Counted from the stretch's first letter, positions 1-10,870 are shown. The stretch: DNA of 64,000 nucleotides from Glaucostegus cemiculus (GCA_976551045.1 CDPCPM010000281.1:14322001-14386000); one strand, 5' to 3'. The notes: generated by a model from the sequence alone, not told the origin. Translations and numbers: made by a program.

Positions 1-1
1 A

Positions 2-2182
2 AGGCATGCTATGGGCCAGGTTTAAAATCTCATCCCGATAAACTTTAGGAACTACTACCTGATGAATAACTTCCCACTCCTCATTCACAGGGACATGAGG
101 CGGTCTCCACTTCCTCATTAACAATCCATCTTTGACATAATATCCAACTGGCACTTTTTCAATTTCCTCACTTGAGAGTGCTTTTTCCTTCAGCTCAGTC
201 AGTTTAGGGTCTTTATTCTGTTCCACCATAAATTCTTTCCTTGACAAAGACAAATCTTTGTATTCAGGCCCACTACCAAAACTTTGATCCTCCAATGAAG
301 ACAAAAAAGTGTCAGACAAATCATCATAACTTTCCTCTTGTTTAGGACTATCACAAGGAACAATTTCAGACTGTGTAGAATTCTCAGCCTTAGCTAATTC
401 TTTAGCTTTAGCTCGGGTTACTGCACAAGATGGATAAATGTCTGCGTCATTCTCAGATTCAGTAAAGCTTGGTTTAGTTGTTAACTGTACCACAGAAACA
501 AATTCTTCACCTGCAAGGTCATTTCCCAATAACAAAGAAACACCCTCCACTGGTAAACTTGGTCGTATCCCTATCTCAACAGGTCCTTCCACGAACTTTG
601 ATTTTAGAAACACCTTGTGCAAAGGCACGAACATGGTATCACCTGTAACACCTCGCACTAGATTTACCTCACCAGTTTCAGTTTCCTTACCAAACTTTAA
701 AACACTGTCCAGCAAGAGAGATTGGGAAGCTCCAGTATCTCTAAGGATTTTCACTGGTACCTGGGGTGACCCATCCTTCAGTGAAACCAAACCTTCTGAT
801 ACATATGAACGGAATTCCTCCCTCACCTCATCCAGCTTTTCAGTCTTCATCTCTAGCAAGGACTGATCTTTCACAACCTCCCCTAAACCTCTTCTATTTC
901 CGGGTTTAATGACTTGACAACAGGCAGTTGGCACAGCTCCCTTTTCTTGCTTTTTCTTCAAAACAGAACAGTCAAATTTCATATGGCCAGGCTTCTTACA
1001 GTAATAACATAGACGCTCAGCAGGTTTCTCCAGCACTGGCTTCTTGTCATCCTTCCCTTTCGGATTATCTCCCAATCTAATCTCTGGTTTACCTGGATTG
1101 TCTCTGTAACTCCTTTGAAAGGTTTTAGTTTGTCCCCATCTGTATTTATGGGTTAAAGCATAATCATCTGCCAACCTAGCAGTTCCTTGTAAAGTGTCCA
1201 CATTCTTTTCATTTAGGTATGCAGCTATTTCAGCTGGTACACATCTTTTAAAGTCTTCTATTAAAACTAATTCTGTCAATTTGTTATAATCATCAACTAC
1301 ATCTTTCGCCATACACCATCGTTCAAAACATATTCTCTTTCCATTGGCAAACTCCATGTATGTTTGATCTGAAGTTTTCTTCAAGTCTCTAAACTTTTGT
1401 CTGTACGCTTCTGGTACCAACTCATACACTTTCAAGATTGCTTGCTTTACCTTTTCATAATCAGCTGCCTCCTCCACAGACAAAGCAGAATAAGCTTTTT
1501 GAGCTTTGCCTTTAATCACACTCTGTAACATAAGAGCCCATCTCCTTTTTGGCCAATTTAGACTCGTAGCAACCTTTTCAAAATGTTGGAAATACTGTTC
1601 AACCTGATCTTCATCAAAAGGAGGGACTAATCTAACCTCCCTACTGGCTGAAAACTCATCATCAGAATCAGAATCTGAACTCTGTCTCTTCAGTCTTACA
1701 TCATATTTCCTTTGTTTCTCCCTTTCCTTACTTTCCAGCTCCATCCTCCTCAAATTCAATCGGTCCCTTTCTAACTCAGCATCTATCTTTCTTTGCTCTG
1801 CTTCAGCCTCAAATTTCATCCTCTTTTCCTCTGCCTCTAGTTTCCTTTGCTCTCTTTCAGATTCTAGTCTCCTTTGCTCCCTTTCAGATTCTAGCTCTAA
1901 TTTCTTTTGTTCTATTCTTGCTTGTTCCTTTTCAGCCTCTATCTTTGCTAACTGAATTTGGGCATCAGAAATCGCTTGTTCACTGCCAGGAAATTGTTTT
2001 ACTACTCCCTCTTCAAACACTTGCATCTTCACATAATGACCAGCTATTATTCTCTGGATATCTGCTTTTCTCATAGATTGTGTTACTGTCGTAAGTTTTA
2101 GCTCTGTAGCAAGAATTAATAATTCAGACTTCTTCATTCTCTGCAATCCACTTGGTGTGGGTTTTTTCATAAACGCTTCCAT
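2..2182 (-). CDS. Gag-protease-integrase polyprotein (partial, 727 codons, no stop inside the window)
   Basis: Read codon by codon with no stop, from ATG at 2182 (GCA ATG G; upstream in-frame TAA at 2210-2212): MEAFMKKPTPSGLQRMKKSELL... Contains a capsid-like block (VPPFDEDQVEQYFQHFEKVA...YELVPEAYRQKFR...ARLADDYALTHK), a CCHC knuckle CYYCKKPGHMKFDC (968-1009), aspartic protease ILRDTGASQSLL (DTG at 731-739) with LLGNDL, then YYVKDGLLMRKW...QVVVPKVYRDEILNLAHSMP, the start of the integrase zinc-binding region. Confidence 0.93.
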   Translation of the reverse strand, partial: MEAFMKKPTPSGLQRMKKSELLILATELKLTTVTQSMRKADIQRIIAGHYVKMQVFEEGVVKQFPGSEQAISDAQIQLAKIEAEKEQARIEQKKLELESEREQRRLESEREQRKLEAEEKRMKFEAEAEQRKIDAELERDRLNLRRMELESKEREKQRKYDVRLKRQSSDSDSDDEFSASREVRLVPPFDEDQVEQYFQHFEKVATSLNWPKRRWALMLQSVIKGKAQKAYSALSVEEAADYEKVKQAILKVYELVPEAYRQKFRDLKKTSDQTYMEFANGKRICFERWCMAKDVVDDYNKLTELVLIEDFKRCVPAEIAAYLNEKNVDTLQGTARLADDYALTHKYRWGQTKTFQRSYRDNPGKPEIRLGDNPKGKDDKKPVLEKPAERLCYYCKKPGHMKFDCSVLKKKQEKGAVPTACCQVIKPGNRRGLGEVVKDQSLLEMKTEKLDEVREEFRSYVSEGLVSLKDGSPQVPVKILRDTGASQSLLLDSVLKFGKETETGEVNLVRGVTGDTMFVPLHKVFLKSKFVEGPVEIGIRPSLPVEGVSLLLGNDLAGEEFVSVVQLTTKPSFTESENDADIYPSCAVTRAKAKELAKAENSTQSEIVPCDSPKQEESYDDLSDTFLSSLEDQSFGSGPEYKDLSLSRKEFMVEQNKDPKLTELKEKALSSEEIEKVPVGYYVKDGLLMRKWRPPHVPVNEEWEVIHQVVVPKVYRDEILNLAHSMP

Positions 2183-2332
2183 TGCTACTGGTTTCCACAC
2201 ACACGCCAATTAAGAAAATTTATTGGACCAACCCCAATGTCCAAACTCAGACCTCCAGTACCAGTCTTAAGTTTGACTGCAAGCCAAATCTTTGGACTGG
2301 ATCCCAGAACGACACTCATTAATCTTGGGAAG

Positions 2333-2350
2333 ATCCCGGACGAGCCCCCA
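2333..2350 (-). promoter_or_regulatory. Primer-binding site complementary to the tRNA-Pro 3' end
   Basis: Minus strand reads TGGGGGCTCGTCCGGGAT, the classical 18-nt PBS-Pro (as in MLV), 4 nt after the LTR's terminal CA. Confidence 0.93.
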
Positions 2351-2354
2351 ATTT

Positions 2355-2783
2355 TGTTACGAAACCAGCAACAAAAGAAGCACACCAAGTCATACTTCAG
2401 TGTTAAAACTACTTAATTAATAACTTTGTTCCACAGTATCTGCCACTCGGAAGAGCATCCAAAATGTGGTTGTTCATGCAAACACCTGTGTCCTTCTACA
2501 GGTTACCAACAAAGTGAACTCCACTGGACTACTCCAGAAATCCATCCACGGATTTTAGTGACAAACACAGTTACTGTCCTTCATCCAACGACAGAAACAA
2601 AACAGGCTGCCATCTCTCCTTCTTCTCTCTTTTCATCTGTCTGTCTGTCTCTCTCTCTTATCTTTTTCTTTCTTGTAATGACCTCATCACATTAGTCTTA
2701 TCTTCTGTTGACGTAATACGTTGCACGCACACACAATGTCCCATCTTAAAGGGATATTTGCCTAAGTAAGCTACTTCGTAACA
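2355..2783 (-). repeat. 5' long terminal repeat (429 bp) of the Gmr1-like element
   Basis: Bounded by TGTTACGAA (2355) and TTCGTAACA (2783), a perfect 9-bp inverted repeat with TG...CA ends; adjacent to the PBS. The partner LTR is outside the window. Confidence 0.85.
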
Positions 2784-2799
2784 AAACTTATAACATTAA

Positions 2800-2980
2800 G
2801 AAATAACTTGAATGCAATTGACATTGTCCAATAATCTCAGGATATCCAAAAGTGCTTTACAGCCAATCAAGAACTTTTGAAGTGAAGCCACTATTACAAA
2901 ATGTAAAACATGACAGGCAACTTATACCCAGGAAGTACCCATAAACAGCAATGTGATAATGAGCGGGTAAATTATTTTAG
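2800..2980 (-). mobile_element. Deu-domain SINE (SacSINE/AmnSINE-like) 3' fragment
   Basis: ccaaaagtgctttacagccaatcaagaacttttgaagtg...aaacagcaatgtgataatg resembles the reverse complement of the Deu-SINE 3' part; related copies near 39970, 53930 and 55490. Confidence 0.55.
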
Positions 2981-3069
2981 TGATAATAATGCTGTCATAA
3001 AGTATTAATATTCTTTAACAAACACTGACTGAAGTACATTTCAACTCCTCTGGGATTAATTATAAGTAA

Positions 3070-3200
3070 GAAATAAAAACAGAAAGTGCCGGTAATAGTC
3101 AGCAGGTAAGGAAGCATCTGTGGAAAGAGAAACAGAGTCAAAGTTTCAGATCTTTCCGAACTCTGAAGTGAGAAAAGAAGCATGTTTTAAGTTGCAGAGA
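3070..3200 (-). mobile_element. Penelope-like terminal fragment
   Basis: aaaacagaaagtgccggtaatagtcagcagg...gcatctgtggaaagagaaacagag is the reverse complement of the repeat family at 44070, 46545 and 51070. Confidence 0.5.
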
Positions 3201-3884
3201 GGGGGAGGATCAGAGAAACCAGAGGAAATATCTGGGATTTTGGTTTTCTTTCTCTTGGCTCGATTTACAAAGTAACAATGTGAGGAATAAAATCTGGGCA
3301 TGCATATCAGACGGATAAATTCATTTGTATTTTAATAGTTGGACATAGAAATTGGTCATGGGTGAGGTGTTGATGGACAGCCATTGCACAGTGAGGTGGT
3401 TGTAGTCCATTGGGAGAGAGAAGTGGATGCGTCTCCCTGTTGATAATCAGGTCATATTTCGATATGACACTGGGTAAACTATAACTGCTCAGTAAATGCC
3501 ACCATCAGTCCAACTTTGGGGTGGGGGGGGTGGAAGAAGGTATCTCCTCCATACAATCCAATGAAATTTCAGTGGGTGGGTGAGGAGGGGGGATGTGCAG
3601 AGATTTTACTGTTGGACATAATAGGGAAGGGATGATTACCATTGAGCTGAAAACCTCAATGAGCAGCATTCATGTTCCTCCTAACCCCAGGAAAATAATT
3701 AATAACGGGAAACTGACCACTTCCATACCATGTCTAGTGCTTCCTTTAAGGATCTCCGGCTGGGCCTCTCCATTTCTGAGACTAACGGACAAGAGGGGAC
3801 CCTACAAACAACAAAGCACCACTTTTATTTGCTGCATAGGCCCCTGCATCTCTTGGGAGGAAAGAAAGTGAATCATGTTTAAAC

Positions 3885-4130
3885 TTTTTTAAAGATTTTA
3901 TTTACAGCATGATAACAGGCCCTACCGGCCCAACGAGTCCGCACCGCCCATTTTAAACCCAATTAACCTACCCGTACGTCTTTGGAATATGGGAGGAAAC
4001 CGGAGCACCCGGAGGAAACCCACGCAGACACGGGAGAACGTACAAACTCCTTACAGACAGTGATGGGAATCGAATCCCGATCACTGGCACTGCAATAGCA
4101 TTGCGCTAACCGCTATGCTACCATGCCGCC
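3885..4130 (-). mobile_element. V-SINE (HE1-like, tRNA-derived), young copy
   Basis: V-domain core on the minus strand, gtttgtacgttctcccgtgtctgcgtgggtttcctccgggtgctccggtttcctccc; tRNA-like head with gattcgattccc B-box; CpGs retained; near-identical sibling at 54270-54470. Confidence 0.85.
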
Positions 4131-4674
4131 GTGTCTGAACATTTCACTGAACTTCCCAAAGAGGAAGGTGTTAGCCATCTCTCACATCTCCCCTCCCCTC
4201 CTTTACCTCTCCTTCCTGTCTCCACACTAGGAAGGGTTGTCAAGGACTAATCTGATCACATTTTCAAGGGCTTCTCATGAAGAATATTAACCAATCCTGA
4301 AATTCAGCACATTTTGAGATAGGAACCTTAGATCTGATTGTTTCCTCTTGTTTCTGTGTAGAAAGTGACCTTTCCAGGTGGGTAGGAGGTCTGGTTTCAA
4401 CCTGCCTTCAAAGCTCCAGATGCTGCCCCATTGTGTTTCCACAGCAGTTGCTTTCATTGACCTATCTCAATGTTAATGACTCTGTCCTTCTGCTAATCTA
4501 TCTGATTCTTTTACAAAAAGCTTGTCTTTTGATTTCCTATAATGCTTCAGCCAAATAGCTATCATTGTCATACCCTTATCAAACTTTGTGCAGGGAGCTG
4601 AATAAATAAGTTACCAATTTCCTCTGATACTTTAGTGCTGCTCTAGAAGAACATAAGGGTTTGGAATTCTCTTT

Positions 4675-4800
4675 ACTTGGTATTGGTTTATTATTATCAC
4701 ATGTACAGCAATAGTGAAAAGCTCTTGTCTGTGTGACATCCAGGCAGGTGATCCCATATATAAGGACTTTGAGGTAGTAAAAAGGAAAACAGAATGAGGG
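4675..4800 (-). mobile_element. Rex1/Babar-like LINE 3' tail fragment
   Basis: ggtattggtttattattatcacatgtacagcaatagtgaaaag matches the tails at 45865 and 52805. Confidence 0.6.
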
Positions 4801-5159
4801 AGTTTGGGGGGAAAACCCACTACAAAAAGAACAATTGATTCACAGAACAGTTGCAATAAATTAAGAGCAAGTAACAGCCCACATCTGACCTATTTTTCAG
4901 ACCTGTGTTTCATTCAGTGATCTCAGGCATTAAGAGACTGTTTGGGTTTGCAAAGGTGGAGAGATTATCCCACTGAAGCACCACCAAATGTCTTGGCTCA
5001 CAAAAAGCCCCTGAGCACCCCAAGGTTTACATTGAGGCTTCCTACTGAAAGTCTCAGCAAAGACCAATAACGTTTTGATGACAAAAAATATTGTTACATA
5101 CTCCTTTCCTTTGGCTTGATGCTTTTGAAAGGCAGTTGTAGGCTCCTGGACATTTTAGT

Positions 5160-5490
5160 TTAGTTCACAGGATCTAGGCGTTGCTGGTATTAATTACCCG
5201 TCCATAAATATCCTTAGACTGCCAGGCTTATTCTGCAGGTTAGAGGTTCATTAAGGGTCAGCTATATGGATCTGGGTCTGGAGTCACATGGAGGCAAGGA
5301 GAGTGGATCTTCTTCCATGAAAGGTATTTGTGAACCATATGTCTTTGCACAATATTCTCAGTTTCATGGGCATCAACATTTCATTCCAAATCTATTTAAT
5401 TGAAGTTACATTCCCCAGCTGCCATGAAGTGACTTAAACTCATCTCAAACCTGCCCTCCAGAACCTAGTGCACAGTATCTTAACCGCTAG
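5160..5490 (-). mobile_element. tRNA-derived SINE, degraded
   Basis: gggtctggagtcacat...gtgaaccatatg...ttccccagctgccatg, homologous to copies at 45540 and 49070-49890. Confidence 0.55.
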
Positions 5491-6524
5491 CCTCAATATG
5501 GCAAAGGTGTGCAAAAGGAAAAATCCATCAAGGATCTTCCTCAGCCAAGAGCATCACCAGCACTACTGGGAGTGAGCACGTTCAGTGTTCTGGCATCACG
5601 AGCTGCAATTCCCCTTGTTCACTGCTATAAACCCTGCTTATTTCTGGCGGGATTGTGGTATATTTTCCCAAAGTGTTAGGTAATGAGGACCTAAAGTGGG
5701 AATTAGCTTCCAATGTGTTTCACTGGGCCATGGTTTCTTGATTGAAGAGGGACTTTCTCCAAAATCAGCAGTGTTAACAGGGCTGTGAGGCTCTCAGTGC
5801 TATGTTAAACCTGTTTCTCCCCCATTAATGCCAAGAGAGCTGTTAAATTCAATTTGCTGATGTTAATATTTGTGACACAGAGTTCCACTCTCACATACAT
5901 TGCTTATTTCCTCCTGCGTGACTTCTTCCATACTCACAATGTGGATAAAAACTAGTAACCAAACCAACAGTGAAATCAGCACTACATTTTGTCAGATTTA
6001 TTTAATTGTACGTGAAAACAGTGGATACAGACCTTATGGATTTATATCCTGAGCTTGCTCTCTTGCTTCTCCTTTGGTTTGTTTACCTGATATCTGACTT
6101 TCACTTTCCTGATCCACCTGTCTCTCTCTTCTGCAGTTTCCTTCTCTTTCTCCCACTTCTCTTCCCCCGCCCTCTCCTTCATCATTCTGTTTGCTGCTCC
6201 CGTCTCTCCCTGATGCCACTTGTCTGTCTTCCTGCCTGCTACTTCCCCGCCCTCTGCTCTGACTTTGCCTCTGCCCTTCCTCCCTCCCTCCCACACCACA
6301 CGTCTCTGCCGACATCGTTCTCAGGGACCATGCTGCCTTCACAGCCCTTTAGGTCAGAACTGGTTCTCATCTTGTTCCCGTGTTGGCATTACAAGCAAGT
6401 GAAGAGAAACCCCCTCAGAATCAACCAGCATTCAGCAGATACAGAGCATTCCATCTGATGTATTGTACGCACACAGCTAAATAAAGCCAGACCTAGGTAT
6501 TTAATTTCCTTATTTCCTCAAAAC

Positions 6525-6690
6525 AGAAAAGGAGGCCAATATCCCATCAAGTCAATGCTGGCTCACAGAGAAATCCCATCCCTTCCTAATTTTCCCTGTA
6601 ACCTACTCTCCCCAAATTCTCATCAATTCTACCACCCACCCACGCTGTGGGCAATTTACAGTGGCCAATTAACCTTGCCAGCCCACAGTG
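6525..6690 (-). mobile_element. V-SINE 3' fragment
   Basis: gggcaatttacagtggccaattaacc tail motif shared with the V-SINE copies near 47720 and 54550. Confidence 0.5.
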
Positions 6691-7749
6691 TTTCTTTGCA
6701 TTACACACACACGTTCAATGAAACTGGAAACATTAGAGAGACTAAGGATTTTGTGTGAGTAGCACAGTTTGTGACTTTCCTTCCTGATTTTCTATGCATA
6801 ACACACTACGAACCCAGGCATGTACAGTGCAACTGATGCAGGGGAGAAGATAATTTAAATTTCCTACCAGCACATCATATCACTAACATTGTACTGATTG
6901 TAGCAGTCACTTTCTTCCCAGCCTAGAGTGGCTTACTTTCACCTCTGATCCAACACATGCCTGGACACCAGTTCTGTCATTTTCAAATATGCAGGTATAG
7001 CCTCAACACCGTCTGGGGCAGGCATACAAACCCAGACTTTCCCAGCACCAGTCAAACAGGTCCCTTATGTAACAGCTCCTGGATGCTCTTGGACACATCC
7101 ACCCCTCATTACATTGGATCATCACCGCCCAAACTTAAGACCCTCAACTGACCCGCCTGCCTTCACCCAACAGACAGAAAATTCATCTGCAAGTACCCAG
7201 TGGCATGTCCTTCCAAGCAATCAGCTAATAAAACCCCCTACAAGCAAATATGGCCCCCCACATCTAGCAATTCTATCCCTTTCCCTGAGTATAGTCCACC
7301 CCGTCTTGAACCCAAATCCATCCATCGTCCAAAACCATTGATCAAGTACCAGTGATTACCAGACCTACCTCGCCTTCGACTACCAAATCTTTCCAGTCCT
7401 CCAGTATCAAAGAGCCAACCCTTGCCTCAAACCTCTGCTTTCCACTTGGGTCCAATTCTAAGCCTCGGATCGGAAACCTACCTAGTTACCTTGGAATGAT
7501 CCACACTGGTGGAACATGTGAAAGAAAGAGCCATGTTCTGTTGCTTTGGTCCATATGTCCCATTGAATCTCCCTATGTTTGTCCCACAGACAACTGATTT
7601 AGACAACAGACAAAGCACTTTTAGAGACACCAACACATTTCTAGGCAAATTCCTGTGATCATCTTTTTGTTTCAGCCTCAAGAATGCTGGCCTCTCAGAT
7701 TGATTTTTAGTTCAAAACTTTCAATGCTGCATGATTAAATTTCAATTTA

Positions 7750-8060
7750 AGAAGATTAAAGGTATTGATTGGATGGATAGAAAGAAATGATTTAGTATGT
7801 GGTGGGATTCCAAAACAAGGAATCTTGTCCTTAATGCTGGGGCCAGGTTGTTCAGAGGTGATGCCATTACACAAAAGGGAGTGTTGATGTGAAAGGTTCA
7901 TTCTCCCAAAAACAAAACAAGCCGATAAGATTAAAGGTCAATTGAAAATGCTAAAACTGTAATTGATAGATTTTTGAAAGACAAGGAGTATTATAGGCTG
8001 TAAAACCAGAGAGAGTAGATTGGATAATAGACTAGCCACAGCCTTACTGATAGGTTGAAA
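7750..8060 (+). mobile_element. CR1 LINE 3' fragment, highly degraded
   Basis: Order of motifs aaggtattgat...ggatagaaagaaatgatt...aattgatagatttttg...aaggagtattataggctgt follows the CR1 3' end. Confidence 0.45.
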
Positions 8061-8236
8061 CATCATTTTCTTTATGGTGGTTGAGCTAACATGTGGTTTC
8101 AGTGAATGTGCTATATCCTGTGGCCCAGGTCACCAATATAAATGTTCTACAGCCTGGAGCATGTGACACTGACTTTATATAAAACAGGTGGACTGTGTAG
8201 GTGAATACTAAGAGGAGCAAGATGTGTAGCTAAGGA

Positions 8237-8270
8237 TGGGGGTGGGGGTGGGGGTGGGGGTGGGGGTGGG
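8237..8270 (+). repeat. (TGGGGG)n tract, potential G-quadruplex
   Basis: Five TGGGGG units plus TGGG, seen directly. Confidence 0.9.
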
Positions 8271-9254
8271 TGCTTCAGACAAGGATCCCAGATGTCTGGA
8301 CTACCTCCACTTGTGCTGGTCCTGATAGATTTCCCACCCAGAATTCAGTTGACTTTCTTGGCTTCAAATAGGTCCAGTCAGCTGTCTTGAGATGGGATCG
8401 ATCTAGTTGGGGAGGTCTAGTTTCCAGTGATAGAGAGCAGAGGGAGGGGGAAGGGGTCTGATCCCTGGTCCCCTGGAGAGAGTCCGATATTGGATGCCCA
8501 TCCTCAGATCCCAGTGTGCTATGGATGGAGAGGGTTATCTATCAGTGGTGGAGCCTGGGCAGAGAGGGTGAAGCACACCTGCCTCTCCTGACCCAAAAGA
8601 GATTTGTACAATTGTTTATTTCTCCCTCAAGTTATCCTCATCCCCCTCTATTAGCCAGCTTTCCTGTGGCTGGGGAATCCCCACTACCTGCTGTAAAACC
8701 ACTGCAAGATGTTAATCAGAAGCTGCCGATCTCATTAGCATATTTAAATAGCCAACATACTTCTAAAATCCAGCAGTGGGTGATTTGGGTCAGGGCTCAA
8801 GTTTTTAAAATTTTAGCATCCTTCTTGAGCCTATTCTGCTAAAATTCGAGCATTTAGGTCTGAAATTAAATGCTTCCTTGCATACTTTACTTACTCAATA
8901 AATGTTTTACAAATAAACAAATGTTTTAAAGCATAGCTTGATTGAAACTCATAGCACGATTTTTCTGCCAATCTTACCATGTGTAAGCTGAAGTATCACA
9001 GGGAAGGCTGTTCCATCTGGTCAGTAACACAAAGCATAAGTGGCAGTGGACTCAAAGGACTAGTACAGTGAATGACAAGTACTTAGACGAAGCTGACTCT
9101 GAGGAGTCCACATAATGAGCAATAATTACATTCAGGGAAGTGCAATTCCAGAATTCACCTTACTTGAGACATCCAATTACTGTGATCATTAGTAATACTA
9201 CACAGTGGAACTGATTTTGATGATGTCTCTAATGTGTAATTCCTATCCCTGTGT

Positions 9255-9500
9255 TCAACTATTCATCGTCTCACCTCCCTCCCCAACTCTGCAACCCCTT
9301 CCACCCTGTAATCCTTCGATATCTCTATGCTCCTCCAACTCTGATCTCCTGTGAAGTCCTGGATTTCAGTCACCCCACCACAGACTGCCTCATCTTCATC
9401 TGGTAAAGTCCTAAACTGAGGAATTTCCACCCGCAAACTTCCTTGCTCCTCCTTTGTTCTTTAAACTCTACCTCTTTAACATATGCCAAATATTGTCCGA
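9255..9500 (+). mobile_element. L2 LINE 3' fragment
   Basis: cgtctcacctccctcccca...ctatgctcctccaactctg...ctttaaactctacctcttt, homologous to the L2 tail at 39440-39850. Confidence 0.5.
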
Positions 9501-9999
9501 TAATGCTCAAGTAATGTTTCTTGGGATGTTTTGTTGAATATGTTCAATAGGAACAAATATTTGTCCACAAAAGACTTAAACCCTATGTTTGGGAAGGGAT
9601 TGAAGATACCCTAATTGTAGAAACTCGTTTATCTTTAGGATACATAATGACAAGGTTAAAGGGTGAGAAGTTGACAATAATGTTAACAAAGGAGTCAATA
9701 GAGTTAAGAAGCCAGCTTCAAAGGGGAAATTCAAGATTAGCTGGAATATTTTCCCTCATTGTCTTCTACCCATCATACTTTTGCCACACTCATATCCTTT
9801 TACACACTCTGCAACCCACCCACCCTCCTTATATCATCAGGAACCTTGGATACATTGCACTCAGTCTCCTCATCTGTGACATTAATACAGTTTACAAAAA
9901 GCCAAGACCTGATTACTGAGCCAACCCACCAGCCAGAGCTTCCAGCCTGAAAATGACCAGTTTAATCTCGCCCTTTCTTTTATGATAGTTGCCCATATG

Positions 10000-10870
10000 T
10001 TATCCACAGTCCCACAACCCTGCAGTAATCTTTCATATTACTCCTTATGGAAATGCTTTTGTAAATCTAAATACACTGTTTCCCCTTTATCCATCCTGCC
10101 AGTTATATCTCCAAAAGATTCCAAAAAATAATTGTTAAACACCATTTCTCTTACATAAAACCATGTGGACACTGTCTGAGTGCCTTACATTCATTTCCTG
10201 AACACTGGAGTCCAACCACTTCTCCCCTCACATCCTCACAGAACTCCAGCAGATTAGTCAACCATGATTTTCCTTTCAGAAGTCCATGCTGACTTTGTTT
10301 GACGCTATATTTATTTTCTCTGTGTTCTATGATTGCATCCTTCATTACAGTTGCAGCATTTTCCCTACTACTGTTAGGCTCACAGGTCAGTACTTCCCTG
10401 TTTCCTCTCACTCTCCTTTCTTAAGTAGTGGGGTTACATTTCCCAATGTACAGGAAACATTCCAGAATTTATAGAATTTCGAAAGAATGCATCTAAATCT
10501 CCGTAGTCAGGTCTTTCAAAATTCGGGAATGTAGTTCATTAGGTCCTTGGGAATTATCAACTCTTGGTCTCATCAACTTATCTAAACTCTATTTATATTA
10601 AGACTAATTTCCTTCAGTTCCTCATTCTCTGTTGACTCTTGGTTCTCTAGTATTTCTGACAGTTATTTTATATGTCATCCTTCTTAAAGACATTCACAAA
10701 TACTTGTTTAACTTCTGTGACATTTCTTTATTCTCCATAACAAAACGTCCTTCTTTGTCTGTAAGGGACCTCTTTTAGCCCTTGTTAATCCTTTCCTTTT
10801 TACTCTTATGGTCCGTTTTATACTCTTGCTTGTTTACTCTCATATTATGTCTTCCCTTTACTTATCGAGG
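10000..10870 (-). mobile_element. CR1 LINE ORF2 fragment (degenerate)
   Basis: Minus-strand translation includes KQSQHGLLKGKSWLTNLLEF (ORF track 10151-10411), the CR1 QHGF.KGKSCLTNLLEF motif. Confidence 0.8.

Larger units (their letters stand above)
1..2783 (-). mobile_element. Ty3/Gypsy LTR retrotransposon, Gmr1-like (protease followed directly by integrase); 5' part, continues beyond the left window edge
   Basis: 5' LTR (2355-2783), tRNA-Pro PBS (2333-2350) and an open gag-pro-int frame (2-2182) are collinear on the minus strand. Confidence 0.93.

Noticed and set aside
438-866. 142-aa plus-strand ORF
   Set aside because: It is the antisense shadow of the protease region of the retrotransposon polyprotein.
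2301-2318. Possible second, degenerate PBS (atcccagaacgacactca)
   Set aside because: Only partial similarity to the true PBS 32 nt away; cannot be distinguished from chance.
4060-4130. tRNA gene suggested by A/B-box-like sequence
   Set aside because: It is the tRNA-derived head of a V-SINE, continuous with the SINE core; no complete cloverleaf. The same applies to the other SINE heads.
6006-6458. Overlapping ORFs including a hydrophobic 150-aa frame that looks like a signal or membrane protein
   Set aside because: The sequence is a pyrimidine-rich low-complexity tract, which yields L/F/S/P-rich and E/R/G-rich frames without any domain.
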